A stretch of DNA of 64,000 nt from Eubacteriales bacterium (GCA_045541355.1 JAZQIW010000053.1:13222-77221), one strand, 5' to 3'; positions 16,713-26,580 are shown, counted from the first letter of the stretch. Translations and numbers: made by a program. The notes: generated from the letters alone by a model not told the origin.

Positions 16713-17801
16713 GTGTCAAAAGCATATTTGATTTTGGAAAACGGGAAAGTTTTTGAGGGCACTTCAATCGGTAAGGTCGGCAAAACCATCGGTGAGGTTG
16801 TTTTCAATACAGGAATGGTTGGTTATCTTGAAACGCTTACAGATAAAAACAATCGCGGACAGATAGTTGTACAAACATTTCCCATGATTGGAAATTACGG
16901 CGTTATTAATGAGGACTTCCAGAGCGAAAGTGCGACGGTAAACGGTTATGTTATACGTGAAATGTGTGACAAGCCTTCCAACTTCAGATGCGAAGGCACG
17001 CTTTCTGATTATCTTGAAGGTCAGAACGTTACCGGTATTTGCGGTATAGATACAAGAGCCCTTACAAGAATACTCCGAGAGGAAGGCACAATGAACGGAA
17101 TGATTTGCGACAGTGCAAATGTTACGGACGAACTGCTTAATGAGATTAAGTCCTTCAAAGTAGAAAGTCCCGTAAAGGCTGTCAGCCGCGAAAACACTGT
17201 CTTCACAACCCCCCTTGCAAAATCCAAGGTTGCCCTCTTTGATTTCGGAACAGGTAAGAGTGTAATTGACACCTTCCTGCACCTTAACTGTGACGTTCAC
17301 CTCTTTAACTCCGAGAGCAAGGCTGAGGAAATTCTTAGCCTTGATGTTGACGGTGTCATTATATCCGACGGTCCGGGTGATCCCAAGGACAACATGGGCG
17401 CTGTCGAAGAAATAAAGAAGTTATTTGACAAAAAAATTCCGATGCTCGGCATAGGTCTCGGCCATCAGCTTATGGCACTTGCAAAGGGTGCCGACACCTT
17501 CAAGCTCCCCTACGGTCACAGAGGAGCAAGCGGTCCCTGTAAAAACCTTGAAACCGGCGTTCTCAGCATTATAACCCAGAATCATGGTTATTGTGTCTTA
17601 AGAGAATCTTTAACCGACAGTATGGCTGTTTCCTATGAAAATGCTAACGATAAAACGATTGAAGGCATTAAGTACACCGACTGCCCCGCTTTCTCGGTTC
17701 AGTTCAGACCTGATGCCGGCACATCCCCCACGGGCGAAAAATCACTATATACAGTTTTTACAGAACTTTGCAAGGAGGTAAACTTCAATGCCGTTAAATA
17801 A
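16713..17801 (+). CDS. carA: carbamoyl-phosphate synthase small-subunit homolog with substituted glutaminase triad
   Basis: 362 aa. GTG start with RBS GGAGG (16701-16705). N-terminal CPSase small-chain domain and GPGDP are conserved. GIGLGHQ replaces GICLGHQ, and QFRPD replaces Q(Y/G)HPE. Confidence 0.9.
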   Translation: MSKAYLILENGKVFEGTSIGKVGKTIGEVVFNTGMVGYLETLTDKNNRGQIVVQTFPMIGNYGVINEDFQSESATVNGYVIREMCDKPSNFRCEGTLSDYLEGQNVTGICGIDTRALTRILREEGTMNGMICDSANVTDELLNEIKSFKVESPVKAVSRENTVFTTPLAKSKVALFDFGTGKSVIDTFLHLNCDVHLFNSESKAEEILSLDVDGVIISDGPGDPKDNMGAVEEIKKLFDKKIPMLGIGLGHQLMALAKGADTFKLPYGHRGASGPCKNLETGVLSIITQNHGYCVLRESLTDSMAVSYENANDKTIEGIKYTDCPAFSVQFRPDAGTSPTGEKSLYTVFTELCKEVNFNAVK

Positions 17802-20800
17802 AGAATTAAAGCGAGTAATGGTTATCGGCTCAGGTCCTATTGTTATCGGACAGGCCGCCGAGTTTGACTATGCAGGCACACAGGCTTGCCGTGCTCTTAA
17901 AGAGGCGGGGCTTGAAGTTATTCTTGTGAACTCAAACCCTGCTACCATTATGACAGACAACATAATGGCTGACAAAATCTACATCGAACCTCTCAATCTT
18001 GAAACGGTTAAGAGAATCATAGAAAAAGAACGTCCCGACAGCCTTCTTTCTTCGCTCGGCGGTCAGACCGGTCTTACTCTTTCCATGCAGCTTGCCAAGG
18101 AAGGCTTTCTTGACAAAATGGGTGTAAAGCTTCTCGGTGCAAAACCCGAAACCATTGACAAGGCTGAGGACAGACAGATGTTCAAGGACACCATGGAAGC
18201 CATAAATCAGCCCATAATCCCTTCAAAGGTTGTTACCGACCTTGAATCTGCTCTTCAGTTTGCAGACGAAATAGGCTACCCTGTAATTGTTCGTCCCGCT
18301 TTTACTCTCGGTGGAACAGGCGGTGGTATTGCAGAAAACGTAGAGGAGCTTACCGAAATCGGTACAAACGGTTTAAGACTCTCCCCTATTACCCAGATTC
18401 TTGTTGAAAAGTGTATCTCGGGTTGGAAGGAAATAGAATTTGAAGTAATCCGTGACAGCAAGGGCAATTCCATAACAGTTTGCTCAATGGAAAACTTTGA
18501 TCCCGTCGGAGTTCATACAGGTGACTCCATTGTTGCAGCACCTGCCCTTACCCTTTCTTCAAGAGAATACGGTATGCTCAGAGATGCTGCCCTTAAAATT
18601 GTAAACGCGCTTGAAGTTGAAGGCGGATGTAACTGTCAATTTGCTCTCAAGCCCGACTCCTTTGAGTATGCGGTAATTGAAGTAAACCCCAGAGTTTCCC
18701 GTTCGTCGGCTCTTGCTTCAAAGGCAACCGGTTATCCCATCGCCAAGGTTGCAACAAAAATTGCAATCGGCTATACACTCGATGAAATTCAGAATGCAGT
18801 TACAGGAAAAACCGTTGCTTGCTTTGAGCCTACAATCGACTACGTTGTTGTAAAATTTCCCAAATGGCCCTTCGACAAGTTTGTTTATGCCAAGAGAAAG
18901 CTTGGTACGCAGATGAAGGCCACAGGTGAGGTTATGTCAATAGGTCAGTGCTTTGAGGAAGCACTTATGAAGGCTGTAAGAGGTGCAGAAATCAAGCACA
19001 TGAGTCTCAATCAGGACAATCTTGCAGACCTTTCGGATGATGAGCTTATGACTATTCTCAAGGATTGCACAGATGAGAGACTTTTCGTTCTCTATGAATT
19101 TTTGAAGAGAGGAAGATCGGTCGAGGAACTCAATGAAATTACAAAAATCGACCAATTTTTCCTTAACAAGCTTCTCAATATTCTTAACATGGAAAGAAAG
19201 CTCATGGAAGGAAAGCTCGATGATGAGCTTTATCTTGCCGCAAAGAAAATGGGCTTCCCCGACAAGCACATTGAAAATCTCTCGGGTTGCACAATTCCCA
19301 ACAAGAGATATGCTTCCTTTAAGATGGTTGATACCTGTGCGGCAGAATATTCTGCAGAAACTCCCTACTTCTACTCTTCCTTTGACGAAGAAAATGAAGC
19401 TGCTGAGTTCCTTGCGAACAAAAAGGACAAGAAAAAGACTATTATTGTATTCGGCTCAGGTCCTATAAGAATCGGTCAGGGTATTGAGTTTGACTATGCT
19501 TCCGTTCATTGTGTCCGCTCACTCAAGAAGCTTGGTTATGACGTAGTTATCGTAAACAACAATCCCGAAACAGTATCCACCGACTTTGATACGGCAGACA
19601 GACTCTACTTTGAGCCACTTACCGATGAGGATGTAATGAGCATTCTCAAAACCGAAAAGCCTTACGGAGCAGTTGTTGCATTTGGCGGACAAACAGCCAT
19701 TAAGCTGACAAGCTTCCTTGACAAGAACGGTATAAAGATTCTCGGTACAGGTGCCGAAAGCATTGATGCTGCTGAGGATAGAAAAATATTTGATGCTCTT
19801 CTTGAGGAGCTCAACATCAAGCGCCCCGTAGGTGCTACGGTATTTACCGAAGATGAAGCTCTTATGGTTGCTGAGAAAATCGGATATCCCGTTCTCATGC
19901 GCCCCTCCTACGTTCTCGGCGGTCAGAACATGATTATCGCACAGAATCCTGATGATATCAAGGAATACATGAAGATTATCATCACCCATACCGACAGAAA
20001 CCCAATACTTATTGACAAGTACCTTATGGGTCTTGAAATTGAAGTTGACGCAATATGCGACGGCGAAGATATTCTTATTCCCGGTATTATGGAGCATATA
20101 GAACGTACAGGCGTTCACTCCGGTGACTCGATTGCCATCTACCCTGCAAAAAGAATCAGTGACAAGATGCGCGAGGAAGTTCTTGACTGCACAAAGAAGC
20201 TCGCGGTTGCCCTAAAAACACGCGGTCTTGTCAATATTCAGTATCTAATTAATGATGAACAGCTTTACGTAATTGAGGTAAATCCCCGTTCCTCAAGAAC
20301 AATACCTTATATAAGCAAGGTTACGGGCATTCCCATGGTTGACCTTGCAACGAGAACCATGATTGGTAAAGAGTCTGAGCCTGAAAAGACAGAAACGCTA
20401 AAGAGCATGGGCTTTGGAACAGGCATTTATCCCGACTCTCCCTATGTTGCAGTCAAGGTACCTGTATTCTCATTTGAAAAGCTCCACGGTGTTGACAGCA
20501 TGCTCGGTCCTGAAATGAAGTCTACGGGCGAAGTTCTCGGTATTGCAAGCACAATCAAGGAAGCAATCTGTAAAGGTCTTATTGCCGCCGGTTATAAGAT
20601 GAACCACAAAAAAGGCGGAGTTCTTATAACCGTAAGAAACAGCGACAAACACGAAATTGTTGACGTTGCTGAAAAGTTCCACGAGCTTGGATTTACAATC
20701 TATGCCTCAGACGGAACAGGCAAGGTTATTCGTAATGCAGATGTTCCCGTTGAAATTGTAGAAACAAGCGATGAACGTCTTGCACTTATGGACAGCGGTG

Positions 20801-21852
20801 CTGTTGACTATGTAATTTCAACATCCGACCATGGCCGTATACCCACACGAAACAGCGTAATACTCAGACGTAAGGCAATAGAGAGAAGTATCCCATGTCT
20901 TACAGCCATTGATACTGCTCATGCAGTTGCCGACAGCCTTATTTCAAGATATACTGCTGTTTCAACAGAGCTTGTAAACATCAATGACATGAGAACAGAA
21001 AAGGAAAAGCTCTTCTTCACAAAGATGCAGGGCTCAGGCAACGACTATATCTACTTCAACTGCTTTGACCAGAAGATAAACAATCCCGAAGGTCTTGCCG
21101 TTATGCTTTCCAATCGTCATTTCGGTATCGGCGGTGACGGTGTAGTTCTTATTTGTCCCTCCGAGGTTGCCGATGCAAAAATGAAAATCTACAACAAAGA
21201 CGGCACCCACGGTATGACAAGCGGCAACGCACTCAGATGTGTAGGTAAATATCTCTATGACAATAAAATGGTCGATAACAAATCAATTACCATTGAAACA
21301 TCTGTCGGTGTCAAGGCTGTTGAGCTTGAAGTAAAGCAGGGTGTTGTACAGTCGGCGACAGTTGACATGGGCAAGGCAAACCTCGATCCCAAGAGCCTTC
21401 CCGTTCTTATAAATGAAGAAAGAATTGTGGCATATCCGATACAGGTTGGATACAAGCCTTACAGAATTACATGTCTTTCAATCGGTAATCCTCACTGCGT
21501 TGTATTCTTCGGTGCCGATGAGAGCCTTGAAAACCTCGATGTTGCAACAATAGGTCCGATGTTTGAAAGTAACGACATCTTCCCCGAAAGAGTAAATACA
21601 GAGTTTGTTAAGGTTCTTAATGACCACACCTTGAAGATGCGCGTATGGGAAAGAGGAAACGGTGAAACCATGGCCTGCGGAACAGGTGCTTGTGCTGCTG
21701 CCGTTGCCGCTTGTCTTTGCGGTTACTGCAAAAAGAATACAGACATCACAGTAAAGCTCAAGGGCGGAGATCTTATTATTAGATACACCGACGATGCAGT
21801 ATTCCTCTCGGGTAATGCGGACATCTCCTTTACAGGTGAAGTAATTATTTAG
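17788..21852 (+). CDS. carB: carbamoyl-phosphate synthase large subunit fused in frame to diaminopimelate epimerase
   Basis: 1354 aa. Residues 1 to about 1067 are a full CarB (two ATP-grasp halves plus the MGS-like allosteric domain). Residues 1068-1354 are a full DapF (FTKMQGSGNDYIYF, SGNALRC, ACGTGACA). There is no stop or RBS at the junction. Confidence 0.9.
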   Translation: MPLNKELKRVMVIGSGPIVIGQAAEFDYAGTQACRALKEAGLEVILVNSNPATIMTDNIMADKIYIEPLNLETVKRIIEKERPDSLLSSLGGQTGLTLSMQLAKEGFLDKMGVKLLGAKPETIDKAEDRQMFKDTMEAINQPIIPSKVVTDLESALQFADEIGYPVIVRPAFTLGGTGGGIAENVEELTEIGTNGLRLSPITQILVEKCISGWKEIEFEVIRDSKGNSITVCSMENFDPVGVHTGDSIVAAPALTLSSREYGMLRDAALKIVNALEVEGGCNCQFALKPDSFEYAVIEVNPRVSRSSALASKATGYPIAKVATKIAIGYTLDEIQNAVTGKTVACFEPTIDYVVVKFPKWPFDKFVYAKRKLGTQMKATGEVMSIGQCFEEALMKAVRGAEIKHMSLNQDNLADLSDDELMTILKDCTDERLFVLYEFLKRGRSVEELNEITKIDQFFLNKLLNILNMERKLMEGKLDDELYLAAKKMGFPDKHIENLSGCTIPNKRYASFKMVDTCAAEYSAETPYFYSSFDEENEAAEFLANKKDKKKTIIVFGSGPIRIGQGIEFDYASVHCVRSLKKLGYDVVIVNNNPETVSTDFDTADRLYFEPLTDEDVMSILKTEKPYGAVVAFGGQTAIKLTSFLDKNGIKILGTGAESIDAAEDRKIFDALLEELNIKRPVGATVFTEDEALMVAEKIGYPVLMRPSYVLGGQNMIIAQNPDDIKEYMKIIITHTDRNPILIDKYLMGLEIEVDAICDGEDILIPGIMEHIERTGVHSGDSIAIYPAKRISDKMREEVLDCTKKLAVALKTRGLVNIQYLINDEQLYVIEVNPRSSRTIPYISKVTGIPMVDLATRTMIGKESEPEKTETLKSMGFGTGIYPDSPYVAVKVPVFSFEKLHGVDSMLGPEMKSTGEVLGIASTIKEAICKGLIAAGYKMNHKKGGVLITVRNSDKHEIVDVAEKFHELGFTIYASDGTGKVIRNADVPVEIVETSDERLALMDSGAVDYVISTSDHGRIPTRNSVILRRKAIERSIPCLTAIDTAHAVADSLISRYTAVSTELVNINDMRTEKEKLFFTKMQGSGNDYIYFNCFDQKINNPEGLAVMLSNRHFGIGGDGVVLICPSEVADAKMKIYNKDGTHGMTSGNALRCVGKYLYDNKMVDNKSITIETSVGVKAVELEVKQGVVQSATVDMGKANLDPKSLPVLINEERIVAYPIQVGYKPYRITCLSIGNPHCVVFFGADESLENLDVATIGPMFESNDIFPERVNTEFVKVLNDHTLKMRVWERGNGETMACGTGACAAAVAACLCGYCKKNTDITVKLKGGDLIIRYTDDAVFLSGNADISFTGEVII

Positions 21853-21885
21853 TTTTCAAAATCAGTTAACAATTAAAAATCTATT

Positions 21886-21950
21886 CCGTGTACCATACTT
21901 GGAGCTTTGTCCTACGGCAAGTTTCAGCGTGGTACACGGTTATTTTTATT
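21886..21950 (+). terminator. intrinsic terminator after carB-dapF
   Basis: CCGTGTACCA (21886-21895) pairs with TGGTACACGG (21930-21939), with an inner helix CTTG/CAAG, followed by TTATTTTTATT. Confidence 0.8.
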
Positions 21951-22143
21951 ATTATATTTGTTCACATAAAGTTAATAGCATACAGTAGATTTTTGTCGAT
22001 AAAATTTGTATTATTATCGTAATCATTGTAGTGTGGGGTTTTGCTTAAATCTTGATGTTGCACAAAGCAAAATGCACTGCAATATGCCGTGGTTCTACGG
22101 CAGAAAATGTACCGCACAGCAACACGGTACGGAGGTGCTAAGA

Positions 22144-23247
22144 TTGGAAAAAAGTGTTATTGTCAGACTTGAGGATGTTGTTGTAAGATATGATGATGAA
22201 ACCATCCTCAAAAAGATTAACCTTGACATTCATGACAAGGAATTTATTACTTTACTTGGTCCTTCGGGATGCGGAAAAACAACAACCCTCCGAATAATCG
22301 GCGGATTTATGGATCCTACCGAGGGAAGCATTTACTTTGACGGAAAGAAAATCAACGGCGTTCCGCCATTTAAACGACAGGTAAATACTGTTTTCCAAAA
22401 GTATGCTCTTTTCCAACACTTAAATGTATATGAAAATATTGCATTCGGTCTCAGACTGAAAAAGACTCCCGAAAATGAAATCCACAAGAGAGTTATGGAA
22501 ATGCTTGAGCTTGTTAACCTGAAGGGTTACGGCGCAAGACGAGTTGATTACCTTTCGGGCGGTCAGCAGCAGAGAGTCGCAATTGCACGTGCTTTGATTA
22601 ATCATCCGAGAATGCTGCTTCTTGACGAGCCATTAGGTGCTCTTGACTTAAAGCTCAGAAAAGAAATGCAGATTGAGCTTAAGAAAATACAGCAGCAGCT
22701 TGGAATTACCTTTATATATGTAACCCACGATCAGGAAGAAGCTCTTACAATGTCTGACCGTATTGTTGTCATGAACGGCGGTGTTATCGACCAGATCGGA
22801 ACTCCACAGGATATTTACAACGAACCCGTCAATCCTTTTGTTGCAAAATTCATCGGCGAAAGCAATATCGTTGCAGGCCTTATGCACGATGATTTTGACG
22901 TCGAATTTGCAAACCAGAGATTTGTCTGCGTTGACAAGGGCTTTGGCAAGATGACACCGGTTGATGTTGTAATACGCCCCGAGGACATTAAATTCGGTCC
23001 TACCGGCGACAACACAATTGACGGCACCGTTGAAACCGTTACCTTCAAGGGCGTTCACTACGAAATTATAGTTGACGTATTCGGTACAAAGTGGAAAATT
23101 CATTCCACAAAATCCGCCGAGCCCGGTGCCTTTATCGGTATGAGCCTCAATCCCGAGGACATTCACATCATGCACAAGAGCGATGCTCAGGGTATCTCCT
23201 TTAGTGCAGCACAGGATGAGGGTGGCGACAATGAAAACAAATTATAA
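22144..23247 (+). CDS. potA: spermidine/putrescine ABC transporter ATP-binding protein
   Basis: Walker [19 protein letters not shown], and a TOBE-like C-terminus. I place the start at TTG 22144, 8 nt after GGAGG (22131-22135). The ORF-track extension back to 22006 looks non-coding. Confidence 0.9.
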   Translation: MEKSVIVRLEDVVVRYDDETILKKINLDIHDKEFITLLGPSGCGKTTTLRIIGGFMDPTEGSIYFDGKKINGVPPFKRQVNTVFQKYALFQHLNVYENIAFGLRLKKTPENEIHKRVMEMLELVNLKGYGARRVDYLSGGQQQRVAIARALINHPRMLLLDEPLGALDLKLRKEMQIELKKIQQQLGITFIYVTHDQEEALTMSDRIVVMNGGVIDQIGTPQDIYNEPVNPFVAKFIGESNIVAGLMHDDFDVEFANQRFVCVDKGFGKMTPVDVVIRPEDIKFGPTGDNTIDGTVETVTFKGVHYEIIVDVFGTKWKIHSTKSAEPGAFIGMSLNPEDIHIMHKSDAQGISFSAAQDEGGDNENKL

Positions 23248-24049
23248 GGCAGCTTTTCCCTATATTCTATGGGTATTATTCTTTACAGTTATCCCCTTTA
23301 TTCTTGTAATTTACTATGCAGCCACATCTAAGGATGGAGGAAGTATTACCTTAGAAAACATTACAAATGCAAGTAAGTATTTTCCAGTTCTTATCCGCTC
23401 TGTTTATCTTGCAGTAATTGCTACTGCTGTTTGTCTTGTAATTGCATATCCATTGGCTTTTACGATGTCAAGAAGTTCAAAGAGTACTCAGCGAGTAATA
23501 CTTCTTCTTGTAATGCTCCCCATGTGGATGAATTTTCTTCTAAGAACATATGCATGGATTACTATCCTTGACAACAACGGTCTTATCAATTCATTTTTAA
23601 GCGATATTGGACTTCCGAAGGTCCAGCTTATCAACAACAGCGGTGCGGTAGTGCTTGGCATGGTTTACAACTATCTTCCGTTTATGATAACACCGCTTTA
23701 CTCGATAATGACCAAGATTGACAAAAGTGTCATTGAGGCATCGCAGGATCTTGGATGTAATTCGCTTCAGGTTATCACAAAAACTGTTTTGCCGCTTAGT
23801 TTTCCCGGTATTCTTACAGGTATTACTGTGACATTTGTTCCTGCGGTAAGTACTTTTGTAATTTCGGGTCTTCTCGGCGGAAGCAACTGTTTCCTCATAG
23901 GCGACCTTATTCAGCAGCAATTCCTCGGAAACGAATACAACCTCAATTACGGTGCCGCAACTTCTTTAATGCTTATGGTTGTGGTATTTATCAGCATGGG
24001 TATATTCAATTCCTTCGACAACGATGAAATGGAGGACTCAATGATATGA
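23231..24049 (+). CDS. potB: spermidine/putrescine ABC transporter permease
   Basis: BPD-type permease. Start moved to ATG 23231 ([14 protein letters not shown]...), overlapping the potA end. Confidence 0.9.
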   Translation: MKTNYKAAFPYILWVLFFTVIPFILVIYYAATSKDGGSITLENITNASKYFPVLIRSVYLAVIATAVCLVIAYPLAFTMSRSSKSTQRVILLLVMLPMWMNFLLRTYAWITILDNNGLINSFLSDIGLPKVQLINNSGAVVLGMVYNYLPFMITPLYSIMTKIDKSVIEASQDLGCNSLQVITKTVLPLSFPGILTGITVTFVPAVSTFVISGLLGGSNCFLIGDLIQQQFLGNEYNLNYGAATSLMLMVVVFISMGIFNSFDNDEMEDSMI

Positions 24050-24849
24050 AAAAGTTCCTCTCAAAGTTCTACGTTGCCCTCGTTTTTGCTTTTCTTTACC
24101 TTCCCATACTCGTTCTCATTGTTTTTTCCTTTAATGAAACAAAGGGTACTGTATGGACAGGATTCTCCTTTAAATGGTACAAAGAGCTTATTAATAACGA
24201 GCTGATTATTTCATCGCTTGCCAACACGCTCATTATCGCAGTTATTGCATCTATATGCTCGGCTGTACTTGGTACTGCTGCGGCTTTCGGTATGCACAAC
24301 ATGAAAAAGCTTCCCAAGAGTATATTAAAGAATGCCACATACCTCCAGAACCTTAACCCCGAAATTGTTACGGGTATTTCTCTGATGCTGCTGTTTACAT
24401 TCTTTAAGCTTACTCCGGGATATCTTACGTTGATACTTGCTCATATTACGTTTTGCGTTCCGACGGTAGTACTAAACGTATTACCTAAGCTAAGGCAAAT
24501 GAACGTAAATCTCTATGAGGCGGCTCTCGACCTTGGCTGTAACAGGCGTCAGGCGTTTTTTAAGGCTGTAATGCCTGAGATAATGCCCGGTATTGTCACA
24601 GGTACTCTTATGGCTCTCACCTACTCTATTGATGACTTTGTTATCAGTTATTTTACAGCAGGTCCCGATTCTCAGACACTGCCGGTTACAATTTACTCAA
24701 TGACTAAAAAGAGAATAAGTCCCGAAATAAATGCACTGTCTACAATTCTTTTTGTTGTGGTGCTGGCAATTCTCATTATCGTAAACGTAATCAGCGCAAA
24801 AAAAGAAAAAGAGGATGCCCGCAAGGCTTCTGCTTTTTCCGGTAAATAG
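24046..24849 (+). CDS. potC: spermidine/putrescine ABC transporter permease
   Basis: 267 aa BPD-type permease. ATGA overlap with potB. Confidence 0.9.
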   Translation: MKKFLSKFYVALVFAFLYLPILVLIVFSFNETKGTVWTGFSFKWYKELINNELIISSLANTLIIAVIASICSAVLGTAAAFGMHNMKKLPKSILKNATYLQNLNPEIVTGISLMLLFTFFKLTPGYLTLILAHITFCVPTVVLNVLPKLRQMNVNLYEAALDLGCNRRQAFFKAVMPEIMPGIVTGTLMALTYSIDDFVISYFTAGPDSQTLPVTIYSMTKKRISPEINALSTILFVVVLAILIIVNVISAKKEKEDARKASAFSGK

Positions 24850-24862
24850 CGGAGGTGTAAAA

Positions 24863-26056
24863 ATGAAGAAATTTATACTTTTCGCTTTAATTTGCACTCT
24901 TTTCGTTTTGGGTGTTTCAGGCGTCGAGGTTGAAAACGAGGCTTATTACGAGCAATTTAGAGGAAAGAACATAACCCTCAATGTTTTCAACTGGGGCGAG
25001 TACATTTCCGATGGAAGCGAAGGAGCATTAAATGTACTCGACGAATTTGAAAAAATTTCCGGAATCAAAGTTGTATACAACAACTACGAAACCAACGAGG
25101 ATTTATATGCAAAGCTTTCGGCAAACAGAGACAACCCTCAGTATGATATTATCATTCCCTCGGACTACATGATTTCCCGCATGATTCGCGAGGATATGCT
25201 TGAAAAAATCAATTATGATAATGTACCAAACATCTCAATGATTGATGACAAGTACAGATATCCCGACTTTGACCCTACGGGAGAGTACTCTGTTCCGTAC
25301 ACATGGGGTACTGTTGGAATTGTATACAACACAAAATATGTTGCCGAGGAAGATATCGGAACCTGGGATTTACTCTGGAATAAAAAATATGCAGGAAATA
25401 TTCTCATGTTTTCAAACTCAAGAGACGCTTACGGTGTTGCTCTGAAAAAGCTTGGATATTCTCTCAACTCCACTGACAAAAACGAGATTGAAGAAGCAAC
25501 AGAAATTCTGAAGCTTCAGCGTTCAGTAAATCAGGCATATGTTATGGACCAGACGTTTGACAAAATGGAAAATGAATCTGCATATATTGCACCCTACTAT
25601 GCCGGTGACTGTCTTTCAATGATGGAAAACAACGAAGACCTTTCGTTCTATTATCCAAAAGAAGGATTTAACATTTTCATTGACTCAATATGCATTCCAA
25701 AAGGAGCAAAGCACAAGGAGGCGGCTGAGGCGTTTATCAACTTCCTTTGCGAAACTGAGATTGCCGCAGCAAATTGTGAGTACATTTGTTACTTTACACC
25801 GCATAAGGTTGCAGCATCTATTATCGAATTTGATGAACGCATCTACCCCACTGACCTTCAGCTTTCAACTGCCGAATCATATATTGCACTTCCGGACAAC
25901 ATCAATTCTCTTTACGATTCAAGCTGGATTGAAGTAAGAAGCAGTCTTGACATCAGTGAAATTGTTATGGTTGCAATAATTCTCGGGCTCTCGCTGTCAG
26001 TGCTTATAATACTTACAATTTTAAGACGTATGAAAAAGAACAAAATCAACTACTGA
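24863..26056 (+). CDS. potD: spermidine/putrescine-binding protein with C-terminal TM anchor
   Basis: Start at ATG 24863 after GGAGGTG. Signal peptide MKKFILFALICTLFVLGVSG, a PotD-like body, and a C-terminal hydrophobic helix IVMVAIILGLSLSVLIILTIL followed by RRMKK. Confidence 0.88.
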   Translation: MKKFILFALICTLFVLGVSGVEVENEAYYEQFRGKNITLNVFNWGEYISDGSEGALNVLDEFEKISGIKVVYNNYETNEDLYAKLSANRDNPQYDIIIPSDYMISRMIREDMLEKINYDNVPNISMIDDKYRYPDFDPTGEYSVPYTWGTVGIVYNTKYVAEEDIGTWDLLWNKKYAGNILMFSNSRDAYGVALKKLGYSLNSTDKNEIEEATEILKLQRSVNQAYVMDQTFDKMENESAYIAPYYAGDCLSMMENNEDLSFYYPKEGFNIFIDSICIPKGAKHKEAAEAFINFLCETEIAAANCEYICYFTPHKVAASIIEFDERIYPTDLQLSTAESYIALPDNINSLYDSSWIEVRSSLDISEIVMVAIILGLSLSVLIILTILRRMKKNKINY

Positions 26057-26095
26057 TTTGTTCACAAATAATTTACTTTATTTTTTGAAAAACTA

Positions 26096-26124
26096 TTTAC
26101 TTTATCTTCCGATTGTGATACAAT
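26096..26124 (+). promoter_or_regulatory. sigma-A type promoter of rpsO
   Basis: TTTACT (26096-26101), 17 nt, TACAAT (26119-26124) with TG at 26116-26117. Confidence 0.5.
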
Positions 26125-26261
26125 ATTGCAGTAAGCGTAATTACCCATTACTAAGTTCGGGGAGCAAAGCCTTACCTTAACGGTTAAGAGGTGTTCACCT
26201 GCCCCGGTCCCGGTTTTCGGGTCTATTACCTGCAGAAAATAAAGAAAGGTGGAAAACACAA
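26125..26261 (+). promoter_or_regulatory. structured rpsO 5' leader (candidate S15 autoregulatory element)
   Basis: Helices found by eye: 26127-26131/26230-26234, 26137-26141/26225-26229, 26158-26162/26202-26206, 26176-26180/26184-26188. The SD AAAGGTGG follows at 26246-26252. Confidence 0.4.
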
Positions 26262-26528
26262 ATGATTACAAAGGAAATCAAGCAGCAGATCATCGATCAG
26301 TACAAGACACACGAAGGAGATACAGGTTCTCCTGAGGTTCAGATTGCGGTTCTTACTTACAGAATCAACTCTCTTAACGAGCATCTCAAGGCAAACCACA
26401 ACGACCATCACTCCAGACGCGGTCTTCTCAAGATGGTAGGTCACAGAAGAAATCTTCTCGCATACCTCACCAAGGTTGACATCAACCGTTACCGTGCAAT
26501 CGTTGAAAAGCTCGGCCTCAGAAAGTAA
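26262..26528 (+). CDS. rpsO: 30S ribosomal protein S15
   Basis: 88 aa: [32 protein letters not shown]...[29 protein letters not shown]. Confidence 0.98.
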   Translation: MITKEIKQQIIDQYKTHEGDTGSPEVQIAVLTYRINSLNEHLKANHNDHHSRRGLLKMVGHRRNLLAYLTKVDINRYRAIVEKLGLRK

Positions 26529-26539
26529 TAACCACAAAC

Positions 26540-26580
26540 GGGCGAATTGGCGATAAGCTATTCGCCCTCAATTTCGTTTT
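26540..26580 (+). terminator. rpsO terminator/attenuator preceding pnp
   Basis: GGGCGAAT (26540-26547) pairs with ATTCGCCC (26560-26567), then TCAATTTCGTTTT. Confidence 0.65.

Noticed and set aside
21951-22143. Possible riboswitch or structured leader upstream of potA (hairpins TTTTGCTT...AAGCAAAA, GCCGT-GGTTCT-ACGGC, GTACCG-CACAGCAACA-CGGTAC just before the SD)
   Set aside because: The hairpins are short. They do not sequester the SD or form a terminator, and they match no motif I recognise. There is not enough support to call a regulatory RNA.
22006-22143. N-terminal 46-aa extension of PotA in the ORF track
   Set aside because: It has a non-PotA-like, Cys/His-rich sequence. A strong GGAGG lies 8 nt before TTG 22144, and from that start the protein has the normal PotA N-terminus.
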